32,000 nt of DNA from Nanopusillaceae archaeon (lineage in GTDB: Archaea > Nanobdellota > Nanobdellia > Nanobdellales > Nanobdellaceae), in NCBI GenBank assembly GCA_038735675.1, contig JAVYNJ010000003.1:318-32317 (forward strand). The letters run 5' to 3'. Position numbers and translations under genes: made by a program. The notes beneath the pieces are model-generated. The model was not told the origin of the DNA. It saw only the letters and a program-made list of their open reading frames with translations, and did not search any database. Positions 1 to 8,212 of the stretch are shown here, one piece after another. Positions within the stretch are counted from its first letter, which is position 1, and every line of letters begins with the position of its first letter.

Positions 1-918
1 AACAAGAAAAGTATAAGTGAAGAATACCTATACTATGCTATCCAAGTATATTCTTCACAATTTAGGAAATGGGCTAAAATTATCACTTTAAAACATTTAG
101 ACATAAAAATAGTCAAGAATTCACTTATTCCTCTTCCATCACTTCCAGAGCAACAAAAAATAGCCGAAATTCTCTCAACTGTTGATGAAGCTATTCAAAA
201 GACTAATGAAATAATAGCTAAAACTGAACGCTTGAAGAAGGGTTTAATGCAAGAACTTTTAACAAAAGGAATAGGGCATAAGGAGTTTAAAGATACAGAA
301 ATTGGAAGAATCCCGAAGGATTGGGAAGTCGTAAGGCTTGGCAATATTGCTGAGATAATTATGGGACAATCCCCTCCTTCACGTACTTATAACAGAGAGG
401 GTAAAGGATTACCATTTCTTCAAGGAAAAATAGAGTTTGGAGAAATATACCCTTCACCTGTTTTATATTGCTCACAACCAATCAAAATAGCAGAACCAAA
501 TGATATTCTTATATCAGTAAGGGCTCCTGTTGGGGACGTTAATGTAGCACCTTTTAAGTTATGTATTGGTAGAGGATTAGCTGCGATACGATTTAATTCT
601 CAGAAAGCAATTTATTGGTTTTATTTCTATTACTTGCAAAAAATCAAAAATTTCTTAGAAAATCTCGGTAAGGGATCAACTTTTAAAGCAATAACTAAAG
701 ATGATTTAGAAAATTTAAAGGTACCACTTCCAAGTTATTCTGAACAGCAAAAAATCGCTGAAATTTTATTAACCATTGACAAAAAACTTAAAATTGAAAG
801 AAACCGAAAAAGAAAATTAGAAAGAATCAAGCAGGGATTGATGGATTTGCTTCTTACTGGAAAAATTAGAGTTAAGGTAGATTATAAAAACAAAGAAGAA
901 ATGATAAAATGTCATTAA
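1..918 (+). CDS. hsdS: Type I restriction-modification specificity subunit HsdS (5'-truncated by window edge)
   Basis: Frame 1 is open from nt 1: my translation of 1-231 has no stop, so the TTG at 232 in the ORF track is internal. It has a two-TRD architecture with both conserved helical spacers. The central one is PLPSLPEQQKIAEILSTVDEAIQKTNEIIAKTERLKKGLMQELLTKG. The C-terminal one is PLPSYSEQQKIAEILLTIDKKLKIERNRKRKLERIKQGLMDLLLTG. Confidence 0.9.
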   Translation, partial: NKKSISEEYLYYAIQVYSSQFRKWAKIITLKHLDIKIVKNSLIPLPSLPEQQKIAEILSTVDEAIQKTNEIIAKTERLKKGLMQELLTKGIGHKEFKDTEIGRIPKDWEVVRLGNIAEIIMGQSPPSRTYNREGKGLPFLQGKIEFGEIYPSPVLYCSQPIKIAEPNDILISVRAPVGDVNVAPFKLCIGRGLAAIRFNSQKAIYWFYFYYLQKIKNFLENLGKGSTFKAITKDDLENLKVPLPSYSEQQKIAEILLTIDKKLKIERNRKRKLERIKQGLMDLLLTGKIRVKVDYKNKEEMIKCH

Positions 919-3900
919 CTGAGAGTACCTTACAAGATTACATCGGAAGAAGACTTAAAGAAGATTTAGGGTGGAATGTTGTTGAATGGGGTAAAGGTGT
1001 AAAAGGTGAAAGAGATTCTCTTGAAGAAGTTATTATAAAAGAGAGGTTATTTAGAGCAATAGAAAGAATAAACAATGTAAGTTTAAGTGATGATGAAAAG
1101 AAAAACATATTTTTAATTCTTTCTTCCTTACCTACTTCAATTGAAGGGATAAAGAACTTTTTAGACTTTGCTAAGAATGGGATTCCATTTAAAATTAGAA
1201 GAGGCAACAAAGAAGAATTGAAACAAATTTATCTTTTCGATTTTGAAAATATCGATAACAACGATTTTCTTGCAGTTAAAGAGTTTGAAGTTGAAGAGAA
1301 TGATAATAGGAGACGTTTTGATTTTTGTCTCTTTGTTAATGGCATTCCTTTAGTGGTGATAGAAACAAAAAACCCATTCTTAGAGGAAGAGAAAGGAACA
1401 AGCTGGTATGATGCATATAAGCAAATTTTAGAGTATGAAAAAGTAATTCCAAGCATCTTTAAGTATATACAGTTTTGTATTGTTTCAGATGGTTATGTAA
1501 CTAAGTACTTTCCAAATTATTATGCTGAAAATTATGATGAGCTATTAGAGAAAGATAAAGGTGTATGGAAAAGCTTCTATCCATTTAAAGAAGAAGAAGT
1601 GAAACCTCTTAAAATGTTTTCATACTTAGATTCAACTATTTTTGGTTTACTCTCTAAGAGAAATCTTCTAGATTTAATTGAGAATTTTATCTTCATCAAA
1701 AAACATAAGAACGAATACAAGAAGATTATGGCTCGATATATACAGTTTGAAGCAACAAATCTAATAGTTAAGAGGGTAGTTGAAGAAAAGGAGAAGAAGC
1801 TTGGATTAATTTGGCATTGGCAAGGTTCTGGTAAAACTTTAATCATGGCTTTCGCCTCTTGGAAACTTCTTAGAAATCGAAAACTCGAAGTACCTACTAT
1901 ATTTATTGTAATTGATAGAAAAGATTTACAAACACAAATAGTTGAAGAATTCAGATCTCTAGGTATAGAGATAGAAAAGATAGAAAACATAAAAGAATTA
2001 GTTAACGTGCTGAAATGGGGAGGGAAAGAAAGAGAAGGAAAAAGAGGGATATTTGCTTGCTTGATTCAAAAGTTCCAGCCTAAGAAACTAAAGAAACTCC
2101 ATGATAGTGGAGAGATAAATCTTGAGAGAGAAAACATCATAATCTTTACAGATGAAAGTCACAGAAGTCAATATGGGCTTTTGGCAAGTGTAATGAGAAG
2201 TATATTCAAAAATGCTACAATTTTTGGTTTTACAGGTACACCTTTAACAAAAGTCGAGAGAAACACTTTTCAAAAATTCTCTCCTAAAGGTGAGCTCTAT
2301 CTACATCGTTACAGCATGAAAAAATCCATTGAAGATGGCTATACAATACCAATAAGATATGAAGCTAGACTGCCAGATCTTCACTTAAAAGAAGAAGAAA
2401 TAGAGAAACTTTCAGAATACGAGGAAGAAGTTATTCAAAAATTAACACAAAAAGAAAGAAAATTATGGAGGAAAAAAATTAAGGCAGGAATTGCGCTTCT
2501 TAAAGCTCCTGAAAGAATTAAAAAGGTTTGTGAGGATATAGCCATGTACTTTAAGGAAAAAATTGAAAAAACAGGTCTTAAAGCTATGATAGCCTGTGTT
2601 GATAGAGAGTGTTGTGTTTTAGTCAAAAAAGAACTTGATAAATATCTCGATCCAAGATATTCAGAAATCGTTATGACATATCAAGCAAGAGAGAAATCAG
2701 AAATTATTGAAGAATATAAAAACGAATTGGTGAAAAGATTTGGTCATTCCGATTTTGATAAGATAAATAGAGATATAATAGAATCGTTTAAAGATCAAGA
2801 ATTTCCAAAGATCTTGATAGTTAGTGATATGCTCTTAACTGGTTTTGATGATAAGAGATTATGGGCTTTATTCTTATATAAGCCACTGAAGGAGCACAGA
2901 TTGTTACAAGCTATAGCTAGAACCAATAGGCCTTATAAAGATGTGAAGGAATTTGGATTAATTGTCGATTACATAGGAATTGCTAAAGACTTAAAAAAAG
3001 CATTGGAACAATTTGAGAGTGATTTTATTGATGAAGCTTTGCGCTTGATAAAAGATATAAAAACTTCTGAGGAAGATTTTGAAAAATGTGTAAACGAAAT
3101 TAAAGAGATGTTAAAAGGTATTGAAATAAAAGGATTGGAAGATATTAATAATGCTGTCGAAACCTTAGTCTTAGAAGGAAAAGAGAAGGAGTTTATCGAA
3201 AAAGTTAAAAGATTAAGGAGATTATATGAATTAATTTCTCCTAGCGAAACCATATTTAAACATTTAGAATTTTATAAAAATGTAATTAGTATCAGCATAG
3301 CTTTAAATAGATATAGTAGGGAGGGAATGAGGCTTGCAGAAATAGAAATGATGGCTAAAAAAACATATGAACTTATCCAAAAAACTATCGGCGTTGATAG
3401 AATAGAGAAAATTGGTGAAATAAATATTGATAGGGAACTTTTAGAGCTTGACACTAATAAAAAACCAGGAACTATTATAAGGATTCTAAGAGAAATCGAG
3501 AAAAGAATTGAAGATCGCAGCTCAGATTCTTATGTTAGATTAAGAGAAGAAATCGAGAAAATAATTGAAGAAATAAAAAATAATAAAAAAGTAACAAAAG
3601 AGATTGTCGAGAAGATAAAATTTTCATATAAAAAACTTAAAAAAATAGATGAGGAAAGGGAAAAGTTAGGAGAGATCTTTCCGATATTTGACGTGTTAAG
3701 AGAATATTTTCCAAGAGAGAACGCTGAAAAAGTATCAAGAGAAATTATTCAAGAACTTAAAGAAAAAGACCTTCTCAGTAAGGAAAGTTTTTTGAAGAAG
3801 AATTTGAAGAAAGAAATAAAGAAAATAGTAAGAGAGAATATAATAAGGAACTTTGGACTTGTTAAGGAGTTAGACAACATTATGGAAAAAATATTCATGA

Positions 3901-3926
3901 ACTTAGAGAGAAGATACCATGGATAA
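909..3926 (+). CDS. hsdR: Type I restriction enzyme R subunit HsdR (nuclease plus SF2 translocase)
   Basis: 1005 aa. The N-terminal PD-(D/E)xK-like nuclease region is RRFDFCLFVNGIPLVVIETKN. Helicase motifs are WHWQGSGKT (I), FTDESHRSQ (II, DExH), GFTGTPL (III) and QAIARTNRPY (VI). The C-terminal domain is long, helical and K/E-rich. The ATG overlaps the hsdS stop by 10 nt. Confidence 0.93.
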   Translation: MSLTESTLQDYIGRRLKEDLGWNVVEWGKGVKGERDSLEEVIIKERLFRAIERINNVSLSDDEKKNIFLILSSLPTSIEGIKNFLDFAKNGIPFKIRRGNKEELKQIYLFDFENIDNNDFLAVKEFEVEENDNRRRFDFCLFVNGIPLVVIETKNPFLEEEKGTSWYDAYKQILEYEKVIPSIFKYIQFCIVSDGYVTKYFPNYYAENYDELLEKDKGVWKSFYPFKEEEVKPLKMFSYLDSTIFGLLSKRNLLDLIENFIFIKKHKNEYKKIMARYIQFEATNLIVKRVVEEKEKKLGLIWHWQGSGKTLIMAFASWKLLRNRKLEVPTIFIVIDRKDLQTQIVEEFRSLGIEIEKIENIKELVNVLKWGGKEREGKRGIFACLIQKFQPKKLKKLHDSGEINLERENIIIFTDESHRSQYGLLASVMRSIFKNATIFGFTGTPLTKVERNTFQKFSPKGELYLHRYSMKKSIEDGYTIPIRYEARLPDLHLKEEEIEKLSEYEEEVIQKLTQKERKLWRKKIKAGIALLKAPERIKKVCEDIAMYFKEKIEKTGLKAMIACVDRECCVLVKKELDKYLDPRYSEIVMTYQAREKSEIIEEYKNELVKRFGHSDFDKINRDIIESFKDQEFPKILIVSDMLLTGFDDKRLWALFLYKPLKEHRLLQAIARTNRPYKDVKEFGLIVDYIGIAKDLKKALEQFESDFIDEALRLIKDIKTSEEDFEKCVNEIKEMLKGIEIKGLEDINNAVETLVLEGKEKEFIEKVKRLRRLYELISPSETIFKHLEFYKNVISISIALNRYSREGMRLAEIEMMAKKTYELIQKTIGVDRIEKIGEINIDRELLELDTNKKPGTIIRILREIEKRIEDRSSDSYVRLREEIEKIIEEIKNNKKVTKEIVEKIKFSYKKLKKIDEEREKLGEIFPIFDVLREYFPRENAEKVSREIIQELKEKDLLSKESFLKKNLKKEIKKIVRENIIRNFGLVKELDNIMEKIFMNLERRYHG

Positions 3927-4269
3927 GTTTAAAGATGATATAGAAGCATTTAAAGAAAAGTTGGAAAGAATACTTAGGGAATTCATTGAGAAAAGAGGAA
4001 TAGAGATTTATGGAGAGCCTATTAAAATCGTGGTTGGAAAATTTGATGATATTGCTCTTGCTTTTATAAAGGGAAAAACGATTTACGTTGATATCAAAGC
4101 GAAAAATTTCCCTGAACATGTTTTAAAATATATTATTGCTCATGAGCTTGCTCATCTATTTGTAAAAAAACACACTCCAAAATTTTACATGATAGTAAAA
4201 ATGATTTATCCGGAATATGAACAAGCTAGAAAGGAACTTTTAAGAATCTTAAACATAACTAAAAAATAG
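3919..4269 (+). CDS. Small DUF45/YgjP-like (WLM/SprT-like) HExxH metal-dependent hydrolase
   Basis: 116 aa. The C-terminal segment LKYIIAHELAHLFVKKHTPKFYMIVKMIYPEYEQARKELL matches the DUF45 pattern (HELxHL, then xHsxxFW, then PdYxxxrxwL). The start overlaps the hsdR stop by 8 nt (ATGGATAA). Confidence 0.7.
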   Translation: MDKFKDDIEAFKEKLERILREFIEKRGIEIYGEPIKIVVGKFDDIALAFIKGKTIYVDIKAKNFPEHVLKYIIAHELAHLFVKKHTPKFYMIVKMIYPEYEQARKELLRILNITKK

Positions 4270-4532
4270 CTCTATTATTCAAAAGTTATAAGCGTAGCAA
4301 TAATATAACTAGAGAGCTAACAGAATAATATACGTATAACTTCTGCTTTTAATTCTATATTACCAATCTTGTTGTAAAGGTTTAGTCAGGTATTGTTTTT
4401 TTAATCTAACTTGTTCGCTTTTCTCAACTTAACTTATTTTAATAATATAATTACTAATTACATTAGACAATTATTTAATTTTAAATTATGTATAGACTTT
4501 GAAGAAATAAGCATATTCGTCAGAAGCATATA

Positions 4533-4604
4533 TGGGCCCGGGGGGATTTGAACCCCCGACCTCCGCCTAGTGAGGGCGGCATCATACCACTAGACTACGG
4601 GCCC
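4533..4604 (-). tRNA. tRNA-Val (anticodon CAC), 72 nt, no encoded CCA
   Basis: Minus-strand read: GGGCCCG TA GTCT AGTGGTA TGAT G CCGCC CTCACTA GGCGG AGGTC GGGGG TTCAAAT CCCCC CGGGCCC A. The acceptor, anticodon and T stems are perfect. The anticodon loop CTCACTA gives CAC. Position 37 is T, which is unusual. Confidence 0.8.
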
Positions 4605-4641
4605 AATATAAATTTAATAACTTTTTTATAAATTTTATAAA

Positions 4642-5403
4642 ATGATTTACTTATTTTTACTTTTTTCTATTATATTTCAAGTTATATTTAATTTATTTTT
4701 ATTTTATTCCATTATAAATTTACCAAATGTTAATTTTGTTTTAGTCTTTTTTTCTATTATTTTTCTTGCATTTTTTCTTTTATTTTATGAAAAAATACAA
4801 AATATAAAAATAAAAAGTATTTTTTTAATAATACAATTTCTTTTTTCAGTTTTATTTAATTATATCTTACTAATATTTCTTATTTTAATAGCTATTGTAA
4901 TGTTTAAAGATGTTAAAGAAGGAATTAACATTTTTAATACGATTTTATTTTTAATATTTCTCTTTTTACCCTTTGTTTATCAACCAATTCAAAATATAAT
5001 TGCTGAAAAAGTGATTGATTTTCTAGAACCAAAAATAAAAGAAATAGTTTTAAATCAAATAAAAACCCAGATTTCCATTGATATAGAATATACAATAAAT
5101 GTTGCAATTTTTGGTTTTAATTTTGCAGTTAATAATTTAGAAGTTAAGGATTATGATAAAATAGAAAACATAAAAAATTTGCTAGTAGATGCTATAAAAA
5201 ATCAAAGTATCGATTTTGAAAAAACATATATTAATATATTTTATGAAAAGGCCATTCTTAATTTAAAAGAAATTTTAAAACAAAATAAATTATTAATTTC
5301 TTTAGTAGTTTTAGTTTTTTTGTATTTTATTTTTTACATATATTTATTTTTTGTTAGTGTTTTTTACGAAATATTTAAGAAAATCTCCTTTAAAGTTTTA
5401 TAA
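4642..5403 (+). CDS. Hypothetical multi-pass membrane protein
   Basis: 253 aa. Several hydrophobic F/I/L-rich segments lie at the N-terminus and one at the C-terminus, flanking a polar central region. I recognise no family motif. Extreme AT bias makes the ORF call less certain. Confidence 0.5.
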   Translation: MIYLFLLFSIIFQVIFNLFLFYSIINLPNVNFVLVFFSIIFLAFFLLFYEKIQNIKIKSIFLIIQFLFSVLFNYILLIFLILIAIVMFKDVKEGINIFNTILFLIFLFLPFVYQPIQNIIAEKVIDFLEPKIKEIVLNQIKTQISIDIEYTINVAIFGFNFAVNNLEVKDYDKIENIKNLLVDAIKNQSIDFEKTYINIFYEKAILNLKEILKQNKLLISLVVLVFLYFIFYIYLFFVSVFYEIFKKISFKVL

Positions 5404-5412
5404 ACTTTTTTT

Positions 5413-5751
5413 ATGAATATATTTACTTTTATGAAATTTTGTCCAAATTGTGGTAGAATATTAGTAATAAAAGATAAATATTTAGTATGTGAAAATTGCG
5501 GATATAAAGAAAAAATCGAAATAAAAAAAGAAAAAATATTTTCTGAAGAAAAGAATACTAAAAGTAAAATTGTAATATTTGAAAAAGAAGAAACTAAAGA
5601 AAAGCTTCCAATAGATGAAGAGATAATTTGTCCAAAGTGTGGAAGTAAGGGAGCTTATTTCTGGTCATTACAAACAAGAGCTTCTGATGAAGCAGAAACA
5701 AAGTTTTTTAAATGTGTAAAATGTGGTTATGTCTGGAGGAGTTATGATTAA
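5413..5751 (+). CDS. tfs: Transcription factor S (TFS) / RNA polymerase subunit M-like, TFIIS-type zinc ribbon
   Basis: The N-terminal Zn ribbon is CPNCG...CENCGY. The C-terminal ribbon is CPKCGSKGAYFWSLQTRASDEAETKFFKCVKCGYVW, with the acidic DE hairpin (QTRxxDE) typical of TFS/TFIIS domain III. The true start may be the second Met (MKFCPNCG, nt 5431). Confidence 0.88.
   Translation: MNIFTFMKFCPNCGRILVIKDKYLVCENCGYKEKIEIKKEKIFSEEKNTKSKIVIFEKEETKEKLPIDEEIICPKCGSKGAYFWSLQTRASDEAETKFFKCVKCGYVWRSYD
5735..5739 (+). promoter_or_regulatory. Shine-Dalgarno-like GGAGG 4 nt upstream of the signal peptidase ATG
   Basis: The sequence gtctGGAGGagttATGatt lies inside the 3' end of tfs. The ATG at 5744 overlaps the tfs stop (ATGATTAA). 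Confidence 0.4.
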
Positions 5752-6271
5752 AAAAATTATAAAAAAAATAACAAGTTTCTTTAAATTTATACTACTTGAA
5801 GATAATTGGAAAAGCGATTTAGCATTTTTTTTATTAATAATTTTATTAATAGTTTTTATTAATTTGTATTCTCCATTTTTATTTTCTGTAGTGTATTCTA
5901 ATAGTATGGAGCATCATAATTTTGATTGTAGAAAATATGAAAAGTTTAATATTTCCTGTTCTGATTTTGAAAAGTTTCCGTTTAGAAATGGAATAAATGT
6001 AGGAGATGTTGTAATAATTATTCCAGCAAAATATGAGGAGTTGAAAGTTGGAGATGTAGTTGTATATATTTCATTAAGTGGAAAACCGATATTACATCGT
6101 ATTGTTCAGAAAAATGATACTTTTGTATGTATTATGGGAGATAACAATCCATATCCTTCTCAAGAAGAATGCCCGCTATACGATATAAATGCAATAAAGG
6201 GCAAAGCAATCTTTAGAATCCCCTATATAGGATATCCTAGAATATTAATTAAGAAATTTTTAGGGATTTAA
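5744..6271 (+). CDS. Archaeal/eukaryal-type signal peptidase I (S26B, Sec11-like)
   Basis: An N-terminal TM segment is followed by YSNSMEH (catalytic Ser box), ILHRIV (His box) and MGDNNPYP (GDNN box). The ORF track starts at GTG 5723. ATG 5744 is preferred because of the upstream GGAGG. Confidence 0.75.
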   Translation: MIKKIIKKITSFFKFILLEDNWKSDLAFFLLIILLIVFINLYSPFLFSVVYSNSMEHHNFDCRKYEKFNISCSDFEKFPFRNGINVGDVVIIIPAKYEELKVGDVVVYISLSGKPILHRIVQKNDTFVCIMGDNNPYPSQEECPLYDINAIKGKAIFRIPYIGYPRILIKKFLGI

Positions 6272-7331
6272 AAAATTCTTTAAGTTCATAATAAGAATCT
6301 TTGGGCTTTATTTCTCTAGTCAATATCCCAAATTTAGCTTTATATCCTATTTCCCATTCATAATTATCTAATAAGCTCCAAATAAAATATCCTTTTATAT
6401 TATACTTTTTTCTGTTATTCAAAACAAAAGTAAGATGTTTTTTAATATATTTTGCTCTTTTATATTCATCTTCAGTCGAAATTCCATTTTCTGTTATAAA
6501 AATATCTTTATTTTTTGTTTTTAACTTATCTAAGACTTTTGAAAAATATTTCAAAGATTCATAAAATTTTCTTGTAGTATAATCTACTAAAATACCATAA
6601 TAATTTACTCCTATTCCATCTACTTTTTTTGGTAAAGTTGATATAATTAAATCTAAATATGTATCTTTGAAAAACTTAATTAAATAAAAGTTAAAAAAAG
6701 AGAAGTTTTCAATATAAATTATCTTTTCATCGCTTTCTTTAATAATTTTATATACTTCTTTATGTGCTAAATGAAAATTTTCTAAGATATCTGAAATTTT
6801 TTTTAAATTTTCGATACTACTTATTTTTTCAAAAGGAGGCCAAAAACCAAGAACATATGAATTTAATGTATACACAAAAGGTTCATTAAAAGTAATAAAA
6901 TACTTTACATCATATTTTTTTAGATTTTTTATTAGGATATCTACATATTCTATAAAGTAGTTTATATTTTCTCTATATTGCCATCCACCTTTGTCAAAAA
7001 ACCATTTAGGATTTGTAAAATGCCATAAACATATAAAAGGTTCTATATTTTTTTCCTTTAGTTTTTCTATAAATCTTAAATATCTATTCAAATTTTCTTG
7101 TGAAAAATTATTTTCTTCTGGAAAAATTCTAGACCATTCTATGGAAAATCTAAAAGCATTTACTTTTAAATCTACTAAAAATTGAATTATTTTTTCATAA
7201 TTTTCCCATAAATTACATGCTTTTCCACTTTTTGGTAATTTATCATTTTCAAAATAATACCAGTCGCTATAGAAATTATCTCCTTCAGTTTGATATGCTG
7301 ATATAGAAAAGCCTAAGAAAAATTTTTCCAT
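6249..7331 (-). CDS. Glycoside hydrolase family 1 (beta-glucosidase/beta-galactosidase-like), compact 360 aa form
   Basis: GH1 motifs in order: GFSISAYQTEG, FRFSIEWSRIFP, WHFTNPKW, ITFNEPFVY (acid/base Glu), FITENGIS (nucleophile Glu) and WSLLDNYEWEIGYKAKFG. Confidence 0.85.
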   Translation of the reverse strand: MEKFFLGFSISAYQTEGDNFYSDWYYFENDKLPKSGKACNLWENYEKIIQFLVDLKVNAFRFSIEWSRIFPEENNFSQENLNRYLRFIEKLKEKNIEPFICLWHFTNPKWFFDKGGWQYRENINYFIEYVDILIKNLKKYDVKYFITFNEPFVYTLNSYVLGFWPPFEKISSIENLKKISDILENFHLAHKEVYKIIKESDEKIIYIENFSFFNFYLIKFFKDTYLDLIISTLPKKVDGIGVNYYGILVDYTTRKFYESLKYFSKVLDKLKTKNKDIFITENGISTEDEYKRAKYIKKHLTFVLNNRKKYNIKGYFIWSLLDNYEWEIGYKAKFGILTREIKPKDSYYELKEFFKSLKIS

Positions 7332-8209
7332 AATTTATTAAGTTCTAAAATACCTTCATAAATAACTTTTCTATTGTATCCTCCTTCTAGAAGATATATG
7401 ACTTTATATGGTAGTAAATACTCAAAGATTTTTTTATAAGTCTCTATTGTTATTTTAAATACAGAAAGAGGATCTAAATAATGCATGTCAAATCCAAGAG
7501 AAACCAAAATAATTTTTGGATTAATATTTTCAATATCTATCATTATTTTTCTGAATATTTCTAAGTATTTTTTGTCATCAGTTCCAAGATCTAAGGGATA
7601 TTTGTAAATATTTTCAAAATCTTTTGAATCATTTGAAAACGGATATACTCCTTTTGCATAAGTTGAAATAAAATTAACATTTTTAATATCTTTTAAAATA
7701 TCCTCAGTTCCATTTCCATGATGAATATCTATATCTAATACTAAGATATTATTATATTTTTTTCTGGCATAAGTAGCTAAAAAAGCAATATTATTAAAAA
7801 TGCAAAAGCCTAAAGTACTATCTACTTTTCCATCTCTTCCAGCATGATGTCCGGGCGGTCTTGTAGGTATAAATATTTGTTTTTCTTTTTCTATAATATC
7901 TAAAGCTTTTATTGTTGCCATAATTGATGAAAATGAAGATAAATAAGAATAAGGAGAAATATATGTATCTTCATCTATATAAACTATTTTTTTATTTTTA
8001 TTTGCATATTTAAAATATTTTTTAATTTTTTTAATGTATTTCCAAGAATGAACTAGAGATAGAAATTTATAAATTCTTTTATTTATCTTATATGGTTTTT
8101 CATAACCCTCTTTTTTAATTATTTTTAATAAATCAAAAATTCTACTCTTATTTTCTATATGATTCGAATTATTATGATACATAAATTTTTTACTGAAAAT
8201 TATCTTCAT
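7313..8209 (-). CDS. Histone deacetylase-family (arginase-fold) deacetylase, AcuC / acetylpolyamine amidohydrolase-like
   Basis: Motifs: RPPGHHAGR, DIDIHHGNGTEDI, LGFDMHYLDPL and LLEGGYN. Its 3' end overlaps the GH1 start by 19 nt on the same strand. Confidence 0.85.
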   Translation of the reverse strand: MKIIFSKKFMYHNNSNHIENKSRIFDLLKIIKKEGYEKPYKINKRIYKFLSLVHSWKYIKKIKKYFKYANKNKKIVYIDEDTYISPYSYLSSFSSIMATIKALDIIEKEKQIFIPTRPPGHHAGRDGKVDSTLGFCIFNNIAFLATYARKKYNNILVLDIDIHHGNGTEDILKDIKNVNFISTYAKGVYPFSNDSKDFENIYKYPLDLGTDDKKYLEIFRKIMIDIENINPKIILVSLGFDMHYLDPLSVFKITIETYKKIFEYLLPYKVIYLLEGGYNRKVIYEGILELNKLWKNFS

Positions 8210-8212
8210 AAT

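Noticed and set aside
232-918. The ORF-track entry suggests a 228-aa gene starting at 232.
   Set aside because: The codon at 232 is an internal TTG. The same frame is open back to nt 1 and encodes the first TRD end plus the central conserved HsdS spacer, so this is one hsdS gene truncated by the window.
938-4119. Seven minus-strand ORFs of 60-137 aa lie inside hsdR and the HExxH gene (938-1210, 1229-1456, 1577-1990, 2435-2626, 2969-3253, 3272-3454, 3895-4119).
   Set aside because: They are the antisense of a strongly supported K/E-rich gene. Their products are S/L/F-rich and low-complexity, as expected from reverse-complemented GAA/AAA/AAG codons, and show no motifs.
4267-4319. A nested inverted repeat sits right after the R-M operon stop. 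The outer arms are TAGCTCT (4267-4273) and AGAGCTA (4313-4319). The inner arms are AGTTATA (4284-4290) and TATAACT (4304-4310).
   Set aside because: The arms are only 7 nt, mostly A/T, with a large asymmetric internal loop. Such matches are expected by chance in DNA this AT-rich and would be unstable in a thermophile. Archaeal termination relies mainly on T-tracts. It is not reported as a terminator.
4270-4532. I searched the largest non-coding gap for a C/D-box sRNA (TGATGA...CTGA on either strand), a GC-rich structured RNA, or a repeat of the tRNA-Val 3' end (att site).
   Set aside because: I found no TGATGA or TCATCA box, no GC-rich helices and no tRNA-derived repeat by eye. Only trivial AT-rich micro-repeats are present (for example taattac twice around 4449-4462). 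Its function remains unknown, and it is discussed only as part of the R-M boundary finding.
8159-8212. An 18-codon N-terminal extension of thiI (MIRIIMIHKFFTENYLHN) would overlap the divergent deacetylase gene.
   Set aside because: The ThiI family N-terminus aligns from Met19 (8213), and the extension has no family counterpart. It is kept only as an alternative.
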